From Synechococcales cyanobacterium bin31.maxbin.ball.101 (GTDB taxonomy: Bacteria; Cyanobacteriota; Cyanobacteriia; Leptolyngbyales; Leptolyngbyaceae), in assembly GCA_013298165.1 (NCBI GenBank), contig JAAFJU010000011.1, forward strand, positions 980-64,979: 64,000 nt of DNA, written 5' to 3'. Of the stretch, positions 34,861-44,285 are shown piece by piece. A model generated the notes under the pieces. It made no database searches and had not been told where the DNA came from. It saw nothing but the letters and a program-made list of their open reading frames with translations. Positions within the stretch are counted from its first letter, which is position 1, and each line of letters opens with the position of its first letter. The translations under genes were made by a program, and so were the position numbers.

Positions 34861-37097
34861 AACCCCTCCGGCTTACTCCAGGCAAACGGCGCACGCTTTG
34901 CCGCCGATAGCCAAAGCAATCGTTTCGCCCTTGTCATCGCCACGTAAAGCAATCGATATTCCTCCGCTTGCTTCAGTTCCTCCGCTCTTGCCCAAGCCGT
35001 TAATAGATCTGGTAACACCTTGCCATGAACTTGGGCACGAATTTGCGCACGAGCGACTTCTGAAAGGGTAAATGGACCTAAAAACTCCGCTGGACGCGGC
35101 ACGTAGAGTTTTCCTGGAATCATCGATTCATGTAAAAAGGGAATAAATACAAAATCCCAATCCAATCCCTTCGCCTTATGCATTGTAATGATCGTCACCA
35201 CACCCGATCGGGTATATAAATTTTCACTCGACTCCATCATCACAGGTTCAAATTGTTCTGAACTCACGATCTCACTCAGAATCGTAATCAGTTGCCCCAG
35301 TGATTGCTCTTGTAATTGCTGAGACAATCGCTCCGTTAACTTATCCGTTGTTGCCAACTCCGCCTGATCGTAATCTAAGGTATAGGCAAAAAATGGAATG
35401 ATTTGATAGAGCGGGAGTTCAATGCGGGATTTTAATAAACTGCGACAAATGCGGCTGGCAACTTGGGCTTCAGGACTGAGTTCGGGATCTAATGTACTGG
35501 GGTATAGAAACTGTTCTGGGGAAATCGCGATCGCATTCAAATCCTGCGCTGGAATTCGTTTGTGTGTGAGCAAAATCTTCAATGCTGCTTTCAACGCATC
35601 CGGTGAATGGGGCCGATCGCAAAATTGCAACAACGCCAACATCTCCGCCGGAATATGCGATCGACGCTCCTGTTCACCCACTTCAAAAATGGACAAAGTT
35701 GGATACAGTCGATGCAACTCACTCGCCACAAATCTCCCTTGATCATTGGTGCGCACCAACACCGCCGCACTGCGATCGGGCTGTGCCGTCAAAAGCTGCA
35801 ACATTCGATCGCCCATCCGCGCGACCGACTCATAGGTATCCCCAGGGCGATGAATCTCAAAGCCCGACGCTTCGGGTTCAGGATTGGCTTCCGGTTGTGG
35901 ATCATCAGCGGGAACCGCTTCAATCATTTGCGATCGAAACGGTAATTCCTTTCCCAATTTTCGCTGCGTCGCATTCGCCCAATTCAGCACATAATTTGCT
36001 GCGTCTAAAATCACCGCACTACTTCGTCCCGCCTGCGTCATCTCCGCCAACGCCCCCTCGGAATCGCAGACTTCACAGAACGATCGGAAAAATACTGGGT
36101 CCGCAGGCGTAAAGGTTGAATTAATCGCCTGATTGGGATCCCCCACCCGAATCAAATTCTGCACCCCATCCTGCAACGCCAAAATTTCCAGTAGCTGCGT
36201 CTGAAGCGGACTCGAATCCTGCGCCTCATCCTCAAACACCGCAAACACCTGCGATCGCCAATGCTCACAAGCTGATGAATCCTGCAAAACCCGCAGCGCC
36301 CCCAAAATCATCTCGTCGTAGTCCATCCAGTTGCGCGATCGCAATTGTCGCTGATACTCCTCGTAGAGACCCGCCGCGATCGTCAGCACCGCATAATCAT
36401 CGGGGCAATCCAGTCCCGCCGATCGTAAATCCTCCGGTTTCAATCCGGACTTTTTCGCTTCCTGCACCACCGTCATCGCCAACGCAGGCAGCACCTCCGT
36501 TCGCAGCACCGACTGCCGCCGCAACCGTTCGGTTTCTTCCCCGTCAAACGTCATGCCGTCTACCAGTCGCCCATACAGCCCAGGATGCTCCGTAATCCAT
36601 TGCTCCACCGCCCCACGAATCAGGCGATGACTTTGACTAGCCGTGCTGAGAATCGTGTCGTCGGTGATGCCCGAGAGATCGGGATAGCTACGGGCGATCG
36701 ACCATGCTAAACCATGCAAGGTCGTGACCAGAAATCCACCCATGGGGAGATTGAGCACCTTGAGCCGATCGCGGATCTTAGATTTCAAATTTGCCGCTGC
36801 CGATCGGGTGAAGGTGACGAGGATGAGCTGCCGTTTCGTATGTAATCCCTGACGGGCGATCGTAATGGCTGCTGCTACTGCCATTCCCGTGGATTTCCCG
36901 GCTCCTGGAACCGCTGACACCGCCAGTCTTCCACCTGTCCAGTCCGCAATTTCCCGCTGCCCTGGTCGCAACTCGTTTGCCCAAGCCTGAAGTAGGGCAT
37001 CTCGCTCTGGGTCGATTATCAGTGTTTTTTGAGAAGATTCAGCCACGTCAGCCCATTCCTGAAAGAGTACATTTGACCGATCGACAGCCCTTCTCAT
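34788..37097 (-). CDS. UvrD/Rep/PcrA-family ATP-dependent DNA helicase
   Basis: The motifs are Walker A (AVPGAGKST), motif II (FEDEAQDSSPLQ), TMHKAKGLDWDFVFIP and RLLYVAMTRAKRLLWLS. Confidence 0.9.
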   Translation of the reverse strand: MRRAVDRSNVLFQEWADVAESSQKTLIIDPERDALLQAWANELRPGQREIADWTGGRLAVSAVPGAGKSTGMAVAAAITIARQGLHTKRQLILVTFTRSAAANLKSKIRDRLKVLNLPMGGFLVTTLHGLAWSIARSYPDLSGITDDTILSTASQSHRLIRGAVEQWITEHPGLYGRLVDGMTFDGEETERLRRQSVLRTEVLPALAMTVVQEAKKSGLKPEDLRSAGLDCPDDYAVLTIAAGLYEEYQRQLRSRNWMDYDEMILGALRVLQDSSACEHWRSQVFAVFEDEAQDSSPLQTQLLEILALQDGVQNLIRVGDPNQAINSTFTPADPVFFRSFCEVCDSEGALAEMTQAGRSSAVILDAANYVLNWANATQRKLGKELPFRSQMIEAVPADDPQPEANPEPEASGFEIHRPGDTYESVARMGDRMLQLLTAQPDRSAAVLVRTNDQGRFVASELHRLYPTLSIFEVGEQERRSHIPAEMLALLQFCDRPHSPDALKAALKILLTHKRIPAQDLNAIAISPEQFLYPSTLDPELSPEAQVASRICRSLLKSRIELPLYQIIPFFAYTLDYDQAELATTDKLTERLSQQLQEQSLGQLITILSEIVSSEQFEPVMMESSENLYTRSGVVTIITMHKAKGLDWDFVFIPFLHESMIPGKLYVPRPAEFLGPFTLSEVARAQIRAQVHGKVLPDLLTAWARAEELKQAEEYRLLYVAMTRAKRLLWLSAAKRAPFAWSKPEGLGDRTPSPVISALIKQFPDRVVAP

Positions 37098-37248
37098 TCT
37101 GCCATTTCTTTATCAGAACGGTCTATCGAATGAAGCCATGGGGAAATCTTAAATCTTTGTTCAGTTTTTGTTGCGGTCGTAGGGCAAAATAGAGAGGTAG
37201 GATTTTACTAATGTAGAGTTCTGCCATCTAGTTTTTATTCCTACGTCA

Positions 37249-37608
37249 GTGACCATGGCGATCATTCAACTCGTGTCTCAATCTTGGAATTTCTCGCCAT
37301 CTAAGGCCGTCACTGCCATGGCGGCAGGGGTTGCAACGCCTGAGCGTATGTCTCAGACGGTGCGAAAGCCCTATCCCAATTTTAAGGTGATCGTCCTAAA
37401 TGATGATGAAAATACCTTTGAGCATGTGGTTAATACGCTAGTTCGCTACATTCCTGGAATGGTCAGCGATCGAGCGTGGAAACTCGCGGATGAGATCCAT
37501 AAGTCAGGTCGAGCGATCGTCTGGACAGGTCCCCTGGAACAGGCCGAGCTTTACCACATGCAACTGACGCACGAAGGACTCACCATGGCTCCGCTCGAAG
37601 GGGCATAA
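37249..37608 (+). CDS. clpS: ATP-dependent Clp protease adaptor ClpS
   Basis: KPYPNFKVIVLNDDENTFEHVVNTLVRYIPGMVSDRAWKLADEIHKSGRAIVWTGPLEQAELY. The start codon is uncertain; several in-frame candidates exist. Confidence 0.85.
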   Translation: MTMAIIQLVSQSWNFSPSKAVTAMAAGVATPERMSQTVRKPYPNFKVIVLNDDENTFEHVVNTLVRYIPGMVSDRAWKLADEIHKSGRAIVWTGPLEQAELYHMQLTHEGLTMAPLEGA

Positions 37609-37752
37609 ACTCATTTTCAGAAATCGGATCGTCACCCCGATCGTTGGTTTCTTTGCTTCGTCTCACCCTCATAACAACCTGTTTTAAAGGTCTCGGACTG
37701 ATACCTAGTCTGTGATCTATGCCCAATTAACAATCCTCTAGGAGAAAGCATT

Positions 37753-38067
37753 ATGTCCCCGATTCAGTCAGTGCAGGCTACTCCCACCACCGCCCGTCTA
37801 GTGATGAATCACTCGACCCACCTCCCTGGATTGATTGCGGTTTTAGAAAAACTTTCTCGTCATGATGGCATCAATACCATCACCCCCGGCGTCATTTGTC
37901 CAGTTCGTGCCCATGTTCCTCAGATGAGGCTGCGGGTTTCGGTGCCGATTCGCGGTGGCTTTAAAATCATCGCTCGGGCTGGCAAAATCGCTCAGGAAGT
38001 GTTTGTCTTGACGACGCTGCAACAGGCCGAACTCGAAGGCATTATTGCGCGATTGTTAAAAGGCTAG
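37753..38067 (+). CDS. DUF2103-like conserved protein
   Basis: LVMNHSTHLPGLIAVLEKL...ITPGVI...RLRVSVPIRGGFKIIARAGKIAQEVFVLT matches my memory of DUF2103. Confidence 0.55.
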   Translation: MSPIQSVQATPTTARLVMNHSTHLPGLIAVLEKLSRHDGINTITPGVICPVRAHVPQMRLRVSVPIRGGFKIIARAGKIAQEVFVLTTLQQAELEGIIARLLKG

Positions 38068-38149
38068 AACCTGCCCTGATAGACCGATCGAACCCCAGCT
38101 TACCGAAAGGTAGACTGGGGTTCGATCTAAATTATGAAAACAAATCCCC

Positions 38150-38266
38150 GATCCCCCTAAATCCCCCTTAAAAAGGGGGACTTTGAACTGAATCCAGCCG
38201 TTAAATCCATAAATCTAATCCATGAATTCAATCCGGTCCCCCCTTTTCAAGGGGGTTAGGGGGATC
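38150..38266. repeat. MITE-like palindromic element, second copy, inverted relative to 543-644
   Basis: GATCCCCCTAAATCCCCCTTAAAAAGGGGGACTTTGA ... CCCCCCTTTTCAAGGGGGTTAGGGGGATC. It lies between convergent 3' ends. Confidence 0.6.
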
Positions 38267-38292
38267 GAGTCTCGCGCGATCAATCTCTAAGT

Positions 38293-38631
38293 TTAGTAAT
38301 AGTAATCTTCCTCTTCCTCAACCCGATTGGCTTCGCTGATTTGGTTGAGCGGCAGACTCAGGGCGCAGGAGAAGGTGAGCAACGCCGACATCACCGCACA
38401 AAACTTCAACCCAAACAACGCCCAAGCCCATTCCTGCGGCACCCAAGGCTGAACTGCGATCGTCACACAATGCACAATCCAATAGGCAAAACTCATCGCA
38501 AACAGCATCCACTGACTTTCATCTAAGTCTTCATCGCGGATCGCCGTATTGTTATAGAGAAGATATAGCCCAATCGCACTGGCAAAGAACGAAGCCAAGG
38601 TCCAACTGTGAGTCATGCAGGAATGTGCCAT
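38293..38631 (-). CDS. Small integral membrane protein
   Basis: 112 aa with 3 hydrophobic helices and an acidic tail (EEEDYYY). Confidence 0.5.
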   Translation of the reverse strand: MAHSCMTHSWTLASFFASAIGLYLLYNNTAIRDEDLDESQWMLFAMSFAYWIVHCVTIAVQPWVPQEWAWALFGLKFCAVMSALLTFSCALSLPLNQISEANRVEEEEDYYY

Positions 38632-38897
38632 ATCGAGAATTCTCCACTGCGTTTAATAAAGTTGCTTGTGATACAGACTTTTAATGAGGGGGTTGGGGCG
38701 TATTTCGGGTTCGCATTTCTGCTTGAAGCTAGTTTAAAAGCCAAACCTGGGAAGAACGTGAAAAAGAACACAAAGAGCAATGAACATCCGCTTATTTCTT
38801 AAGCGATCGCAACATTTGCAGGAGTAAATAGGTTTAACTGTTAAGTAATACGTCAGAACATATTGAAAAATAACGCTCGCCCATCTCCTTTCTCACC

Positions 38898-39815
38898 ATG
38901 CAGTTGCCCATCGTCTACCACCCGAACTACACCGTCCCGCTACCGTCCACCCATCGATTTCCCATGGTGAAGTTTCGGATGTTGCACGATCGTCTCCTCA
39001 AGGACGGCATCGCCAACCCGTCGCAATTCCACCAGCCCGATCGCGCCCCCCAGCATTGGATCGAATCGGTTCACGATCCGGACTACGTCAATGCCTACTG
39101 CAATGGAACCCTGGATGACAAAGCCTTTCGGCGGATTGGTTTGCCCTGGAGTACAGAACTGGTCGATCGCACCTGCATCGCGGTTGGCGGAACGATTCTA
39201 ACGGCCAAACTCGCGCTTCAACAGGGGTTAGCCTGTAACACTGCCGGAGGAACTCACCATGCCTTTCCGAGCTATGGATCGGGGTTTTGTATTTTTAATG
39301 ATTTGGCGATCGCGGCCCGTATTCTTCAGCGCGAGAACCTGGCCCAGAAGATTTTGATTTTAGACTTGGATGTTCATCAGGGCGATGCGACGGCGTTTAT
39401 TTTCCAGGACGACCCGTCGGTGTTTACCTTTTCGATGCATTGCGAAGTGAACTTTCCGGGAACCAAACAAAAAAGTGATCTGGACGTGCCGTTGCCGATC
39501 GGTCTCGAAGATGACGCCTATTTACAAACCCTCGATCGCTATCTGCCCGATTTGCTCAGTCAGGTGAAGCCGGACCTGGTTCTTTACGATGCAGGCGTTG
39601 ATCCCCACCAGGGCGATCGGTTAGGAAAGCTATCCCTGACGGACAGCGGGCTGTTTCGGCGGGATATGCAGGTGATTACGGCTTGTTTGAAGGCAAGGTA
39701 TCCGATCGCCTGTGTTATTGGCGGTGGGTATTGCGAAGATTTCGATGCTTTGGTGTATCGTCACTCCCTGCTGCACCGCGCGGCGAGTGAAGCTTATGAG
39801 CAGTTTCAGTTGTAG
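38898..39815 (+). CDS. Histone deacetylase-family (arginase-fold) amidohydrolase
   Basis: GGTHHAFPSYGSGFCIFNDLAIAA and LDLDVHQGDAT are the catalytic and metal-binding motifs. GGGY lies near the C-terminus. Confidence 0.9.
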   Translation: MQLPIVYHPNYTVPLPSTHRFPMVKFRMLHDRLLKDGIANPSQFHQPDRAPQHWIESVHDPDYVNAYCNGTLDDKAFRRIGLPWSTELVDRTCIAVGGTILTAKLALQQGLACNTAGGTHHAFPSYGSGFCIFNDLAIAARILQRENLAQKILILDLDVHQGDATAFIFQDDPSVFTFSMHCEVNFPGTKQKSDLDVPLPIGLEDDAYLQTLDRYLPDLLSQVKPDLVLYDAGVDPHQGDRLGKLSLTDSGLFRRDMQVITACLKARYPIACVIGGGYCEDFDALVYRHSLLHRAASEAYEQFQL

Positions 39816-39823
39816 TGAAAATT

Positions 39824-39908
39824 CTGACGAACCGCCCCCAACCCCCAATTCTGGGGGCTTTGAATGGTTTTTAACAGTTCTTACTCCCCCAGAATTGGGG
39901 CTGGGGGG
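39824..39908. repeat. Paired-arm CCCCAGAATTGGGGG-family palindromic element
   Basis: CTGACGAACCGCCCCCAACCCCCAATTCTGGGGG ... CCCCCAGAATTGGGGCTGGGGGG. It fills the gap between two convergent genes and abuts the response-regulator stop codon. Confidence 0.65.
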
Positions 39909-39909
39909 C

Positions 39910-40623
39910 TTAAGCCTTGGCTTCTTCGGCCATTTCAGGGGATTCAAACTTGTAACCCACGCCGCGTACGGTCTGGATAAGGGCGGGTTGGCTGGTGTCG
40001 ATTTCGATCTTTTTGCGGATTTGACCGATGTGGACATCGACGACGCGCTGATCCCCGACGTATTCGTAATCCCAGACTTGCTGAATCAGGTCCGATCGTC
40101 TCCACACGCGACCTGGGTTGCTTGCGAGGAAATGCAGCAGGTCAAATTCCAATGCCGTCAATGGCACCAAATCATCATTGAGTTTGACTTCTCGACGGAC
40201 GGGATCAATCACCAGTCCACTGAAGACCAGACATTGCTGCTCAGCGGTGGTTACGGTGCGTTGACGCTTGAGAATGGCCCCAATCCGCGCTCCCAACTCG
40301 ACCAGACTAAACGGCTTCGTGATGTAGTCATCGGCACCTTGGCTAAAGGCCCGGACTTTGTCCGCTTCATCGGTCCGACTCGTCAACATCAAAATGAACA
40401 CATTCGTCCGACTTTGCATTTCTTGACAAAGGGCGTAACCGTTTGCATCCGGGAGGTTCACATCCAAAATGACCAAATCTGGATTAAAGCTTTCAAAGGT
40501 CGCCAAGGCGCTCTTGCCATCTTCCGCTGCTTCGACTTGATAATCCTGCTTACTAAGGAAGCGATGGATTAAGTTCCGAATTGCGTTCTCATCATCGACC
40601 ACTAAAATTTTGGCTTGAGCCAT
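39910..40623 (-). CDS. OmpR-family two-component response regulator
   Basis: The receiver domain reads ILVVDDE...DLVILDVNLPD...TSR...KPF. The winged-helix output domain reads LT..EFDLL.FL..NPGRV..R..L...VW. Confidence 0.9.
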   Translation of the reverse strand: MAQAKILVVDDENAIRNLIHRFLSKQDYQVEAAEDGKSALATFESFNPDLVILDVNLPDANGYALCQEMQSRTNVFILMLTSRTDEADKVRAFSQGADDYITKPFSLVELGARIGAILKRQRTVTTAEQQCLVFSGLVIDPVRREVKLNDDLVPLTALEFDLLHFLASNPGRVWRRSDLIQQVWDYEYVGDQRVVDVHIGQIRKKIEIDTSQPALIQTVRGVGYKFESPEMAEEAKA

Positions 40624-40889
40624 AACCAAATATCCCTAACGCTTAAATAATGAGCAACTCACTTTAAAGAATAAAGCTAGATTGTGATGCACCTAGAAGG
40701 TCTCTGTGAGAAATTATTAATTTCACATGTTCCGTAAGTACGACTGTGTTAAGTTCGCATCAAGTTATAGTATGCCTTAGGTTGTAGAGAACGAACCACT
40801 CAGGATTGGTAAGTTTCTTCACAAAGCAGTTGTGATGCCTAAGACACCTAAGCTAATCTAGGGGTGAGACTAAAAAAGCACCCCCCACC

Positions 40890-41525
40890 ATGAGCGATCA
40901 AACTCCTTACGAAAAGCTTGGCGTTGCTGAGTCAGCTAGCTTTGAAGAAATCCAGGGTATCCGCGATCGTCTCCTACGTGAGTATGCAGACGATCCGAAG
41001 AAGTGTGCGGAAGTTGAGGCATCCTATGATTCGGTCCTGATGCAGCGCCTTAAGCTTCGTCAAGAGGGGAAAATCAAGGTTCCCGATGGCATTCGGTTTG
41101 CAGAAAAAACGTCATCTTCCTTCCCCAAGATCTCGATGCCCTCTCTGCCGAACAATAGCGATTGGCTGACGGGCAGTTTTGCGTCGCCCGGTCTGGTGGA
41201 GTGGGGGATACCAACAGGGATTGCGATCGCCTTAGGGACGATCGTAGCGCTGAATCCCTCGCCTGCGACGGTTCAATTTGTTGCCGCTATGGCTACGGGT
41301 AGTGCGCTCTACGGGGTTTACCGGAAGGAACGAAGCTTGGGCCGATCGGTCTTGTTTGGGATCGGAGGATTGATTGGCGGCTATCTGCTGGGGGTTGGTT
41401 TATGGGGCATTCTGCCGACTAATCTTCAGTTGGCGATTCCAGGAGATGGAAGACAGGCCCTTGATGTTCTGGTCACTTGGTCGGTCTGTGCGGTGCTATG
41501 GCTCGTGGCGCTCTTTGTTAAATAG
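40890..41525 (+). CDS. CPP1-like (DnaJ-like N-terminus plus membrane domain) protein
   Basis: TPYEKLGVAESASFEEIQGIRDRLL is J-like and lacks HPD. LKLRQEGKIKVPDGIRFAEK and three TM helices follow. Confidence 0.6.
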   Translation: MSDQTPYEKLGVAESASFEEIQGIRDRLLREYADDPKKCAEVEASYDSVLMQRLKLRQEGKIKVPDGIRFAEKTSSSFPKISMPSLPNNSDWLTGSFASPGLVEWGIPTGIAIALGTIVALNPSPATVQFVAAMATGSALYGVYRKERSLGRSVLFGIGGLIGGYLLGVGLWGILPTNLQLAIPGDGRQALDVLVTWSVCAVLWLVALFVK

Positions 41526-41546
41526 AAGGCGATTTCTGGCGAACCC

Positions 41547-41984
41547 CTAGCGAACTCCCAGTGAAACCCGATCGCCTCCGACCGACTTGAGCTTCATCAG
41601 GATTTGAATCACGTTGTCGTAGGGCAAGGTGCGATCGGCGTTAATTAGGACCATGCCTTTGGCGTTCTGTTGAAGGTAGGTTCTGACTTGAGGCTCAATT
41701 TGCTCTAGGGTCACAGGGATTTCTTGACCACCTGCTCCACTCCCAATCAGATAAAGTTTTCCTTGGGCATCAATTTTGATGATCTGTGGATCCACCTTTT
41801 TGTCATTGGTTGGACTGCTGCCTTGACCCGATCCGGGAAGCTGAACTTTGACAGAACCCGTGCTGTTGGTCAAGGTCATCGACACAATGATGAAGAAGGT
41901 CAAAATCGTCATGATCACATCCATCATGGGGATCAAGTTGACCTCTGGCATTTGGGACGATCGGTTTTGGCTTTTGAATTTCAT
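41547..41984 (-). CDS. exbD: ExbD/TolR-family biopolymer transport protein
   Basis: EVNLIPMMDVIMTILTFFII is followed by a periplasmic domain. No exbB gene lies adjacent. Confidence 0.85.
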   Translation of the reverse strand: MKFKSQNRSSQMPEVNLIPMMDVIMTILTFFIIVSMTLTNSTGSVKVQLPGSGQGSSPTNDKKVDPQIIKIDAQGKLYLIGSGAGGQEIPVTLEQIEPQVRTYLQQNAKGMVLINADRTLPYDNVIQILMKLKSVGGDRVSLGVR

Positions 41985-42068
41985 CTGAGAAACCTAATTT
42001 CTGCCTTAAATTTTATCCTAAATTCAGAACCCCCAGAATTTGGGTGCGATTCGGCTCCAATTCTAAAT

Positions 42069-43466
42069 CTACCCCCCTTCATTCCAAGCCCGCTCAGCAT
42101 CAGCCAAGGCCCGATCGATCGGCTTTTGCCCCAGCATCGCGCTTTGCAGATTTTCGTAGATTACCTTCTGAAGCCGCTTTCCATCCTTCATCGCGGGAAC
42201 CAGGACTTCAGCGCTTCGAAGCTGGGCGGCGCTGGTGATACGGGCACGATCGATCGGTCCTGGCGCATCCGGTAGTTTTGTAAAATAGCTATCCTGGAGT
42301 CCTGACTCCGTGGAAGGCAAGACATTGGCCGCTTTCGCAAAGGACAATTGATTGGCAGGATTCCCCACAAAGAGCGCGAACTTCAAAGCCGCTTCGGGCT
42401 GGTCCGTATCCTTGGGAATGACGAGATTCATCACGGCCACGTTCCGCTTTCCGGTTTCGCCTGTGACTTGCTGGGAGGCGAGGGATTGGGCGGCGATCGT
42501 GGGTGAATTTTTAGCCAGGGTCTTAAAAAACTCCGGGCTGGTGGCCACGATCGCGGTTTCGCCCCGTTGATAGAGGTCTAGACCGTAGCGATAGCCTTCG
42601 GTGAGGACTTCCTTGGGGATGACATTCTTGTTGTACAGATTGACCCAATCCTGGAAAATCGATCGCATCAGGGGCGTATTAAAAGCCGCCTTGCCGCTGC
42701 GATCGACCAATTGAACCCCGCGCTGTACAAAACTCTCTAGAACTTCACCCGAATCCATCGGCGCAAATGTCATGAAAAACGCATATTTACCAGTTTTTTC
42801 TTTGACGATCGGAGCGACCTGCATGAGTTCTTGAAAGGTGGTCGGCGGTTTTGAAATGCCCGCTTGTTGAAACAGGGTCTGGTTATAAACGGCGATGCGC
42901 GTCGTCAGATACCAAGGAATCCCGAAGGCTTTGCCATCGATCGTACTCGCCTGCCAAATATTGGGTAAATACTGGGCCACGGTTTCCGCTGGGATTCGGC
43001 TGGTTAAATCTAACCAAGCGCCTTTAGCGGCCAACTGAGAGGCAAAATTGGGGTTTAAATTCACGACATCGGGCGCAGTCTTCGCCGCCACCGCCGTCAG
43101 AATTTTGCTTTCCATGCCTGCCCAAGGCACATCCACCCAGTTGACCCGCACAGTTGGATTTTCCCGTTCAAACTGCGCAATTAACGTTGTAAAGTACTCC
43201 GTGTACTGAGGCTGAAGCTGCATCGTCCAAAATTCTACCTCAGCCCGATCGTCCCGCTTGCCGCCACTGCAGCTCACCAGTCCCACCAACAGGACACCCA
43301 CGCAACCGATCGCCACCATCGCCCGCAGCCCCCTCGCCCAAACCTTAGCTCGACCGATCGAATAGCGCGTCCACTGTGTTAAATACTGCGTCCAACGTTG
43401 AATCTGTTGAATCCTGAGGTTATTCGGGAGAGGCATGAGACTGTCTGGGGGTATCCGAGTTCTCAA
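42069..43466 (-). CDS. ABC transporter extracellular solute-binding protein (family 1, sugar-type), lipoprotein
   Basis: The lipobox is LVGLVSCSG. The overall pattern (VEFWTMQLQPQ..., NWVDVPW, AVYNQTLF) fits family 1. The true start is probably internal. Confidence 0.85.
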   Translation of the reverse strand: MRTRIPPDSLMPLPNNLRIQQIQRWTQYLTQWTRYSIGRAKVWARGLRAMVAIGCVGVLLVGLVSCSGGKRDDRAEVEFWTMQLQPQYTEYFTTLIAQFERENPTVRVNWVDVPWAGMESKILTAVAAKTAPDVVNLNPNFASQLAAKGAWLDLTSRIPAETVAQYLPNIWQASTIDGKAFGIPWYLTTRIAVYNQTLFQQAGISKPPTTFQELMQVAPIVKEKTGKYAFFMTFAPMDSGEVLESFVQRGVQLVDRSGKAAFNTPLMRSIFQDWVNLYNKNVIPKEVLTEGYRYGLDLYQRGETAIVATSPEFFKTLAKNSPTIAAQSLASQQVTGETGKRNVAVMNLVIPKDTDQPEAALKFALFVGNPANQLSFAKAANVLPSTESGLQDSYFTKLPDAPGPIDRARITSAAQLRSAEVLVPAMKDGKRLQKVIYENLQSAMLGQKPIDRALADAERAWNEGG

Positions 43467-43533
43467 ATTTTCCCATCGAATGGCGTTTGTTCAAAAAAGT
43501 TCGATCGCCCTCTAGACAGTTCAAATGTTTTAG

Positions 43534-43547
43534 GATACAAGTGTTCT
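43534..43547 (+). promoter_or_regulatory. Candidate LexA operator
   Basis: GATACAAGTGTTCT has one mismatch to the cyanobacterial LexA box RGTACNNNDGTWCB as I recall it. It lies 40 nt upstream of the lexA ATG and just upstream of a CATAAT -10-like hexamer. Confidence 0.35.
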
Positions 43548-43586
43548 ATGGGGATATTCCCATAATGCTGTGTTCAAGCTTGACCT

Positions 43587-44219
43587 ATGGAAACCTTCGA
43601 CCATTCTGAAAATTTAACTGAAGCCCAACGGCAGCTCTACGACTGGATTGTGGATTACATTACCGCAAATCAGCATTCGCCCTCTATTCGTCAGATGATG
43701 CGAGCGATGTCTCTAAAGTCTCCTGCACCCGTGCAGAGTCGTCTAGAGCATCTTCGGAAGAAGGGTTACATCGGATGGGATGAGGGTCAAGCTCGGACGA
43801 TTCGCCTATTGCATCAGCGCCCCATGGGAATTCCAGTGGTGGGGGCGATCGCCGCTACCAGCCTAGTGGAGAACTTCCCTGATGTGGACGTTGAGATGTT
43901 GGACTTCTCGAATTTGATGTTGAAGCCCGGTCACTTCGCCCTGAAGGTTCGCGGCCACAGCATGATCGAAGCCTTGATTGACGATGGCGATACGGTGATC
44001 ATGCAGCCTGTCATTGATGCGAAGAATGTTAAAAATGGAGCGATCGTCGCCGCCCATGTGAGTGGGAAGACCACGCTGAAGTACTACCACAAGAAGGGTT
44101 CCAAAGTGACCCTCATGCCGGGTAATCCCGATCGGAGCCTCTATCCCGAAACAGAACTTAAAGCCTCTGAAGTTGAGCTACAAGGTCTGCTGATTGCAGT
44201 TTGGCGCGATTGTAAATAG
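43587..44219 (+). CDS. lexA: LexA-family repressor (S24 peptidase)
   Basis: The N-terminal winged HTH reads SIRQMMRAMSLKSPAPVQSRLEHLRKKGYI. The S24 domain has VRGHSMIEALIDDGD (Ser) and TLKYY (Lys). Confidence 0.85.
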   Translation: METFDHSENLTEAQRQLYDWIVDYITANQHSPSIRQMMRAMSLKSPAPVQSRLEHLRKKGYIGWDEGQARTIRLLHQRPMGIPVVGAIAATSLVENFPDVDVEMLDFSNLMLKPGHFALKVRGHSMIEALIDDGDTVIMQPVIDAKNVKNGAIVAAHVSGKTTLKYYHKKGSKVTLMPGNPDRSLYPETELKASEVELQGLLIAVWRDCK

Positions 44220-44241
44220 ACCCTGACCATCTCTACAAACA

Positions 44242-44281
44242 ACCCTCAGCGCTTCTTGTTGGCAACCTGAGGGTATTTTTG
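44242..44281. terminator. Hairpin terminator between convergent lexA and sucD
   Basis: ACCCTCAG-N17-CTGAGGGT is followed by ATTTTT. Confidence 0.55.
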
Positions 44282-44285
44282 TGAC

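Noticed and set aside
39712-40572. A 286-aa plus-strand ORF covering the response-regulator locus.
   Set aside because: It is antisense to a gene with unmistakable OmpR-family motifs, and its own translation has no recognisable features. It is a shadow ORF.
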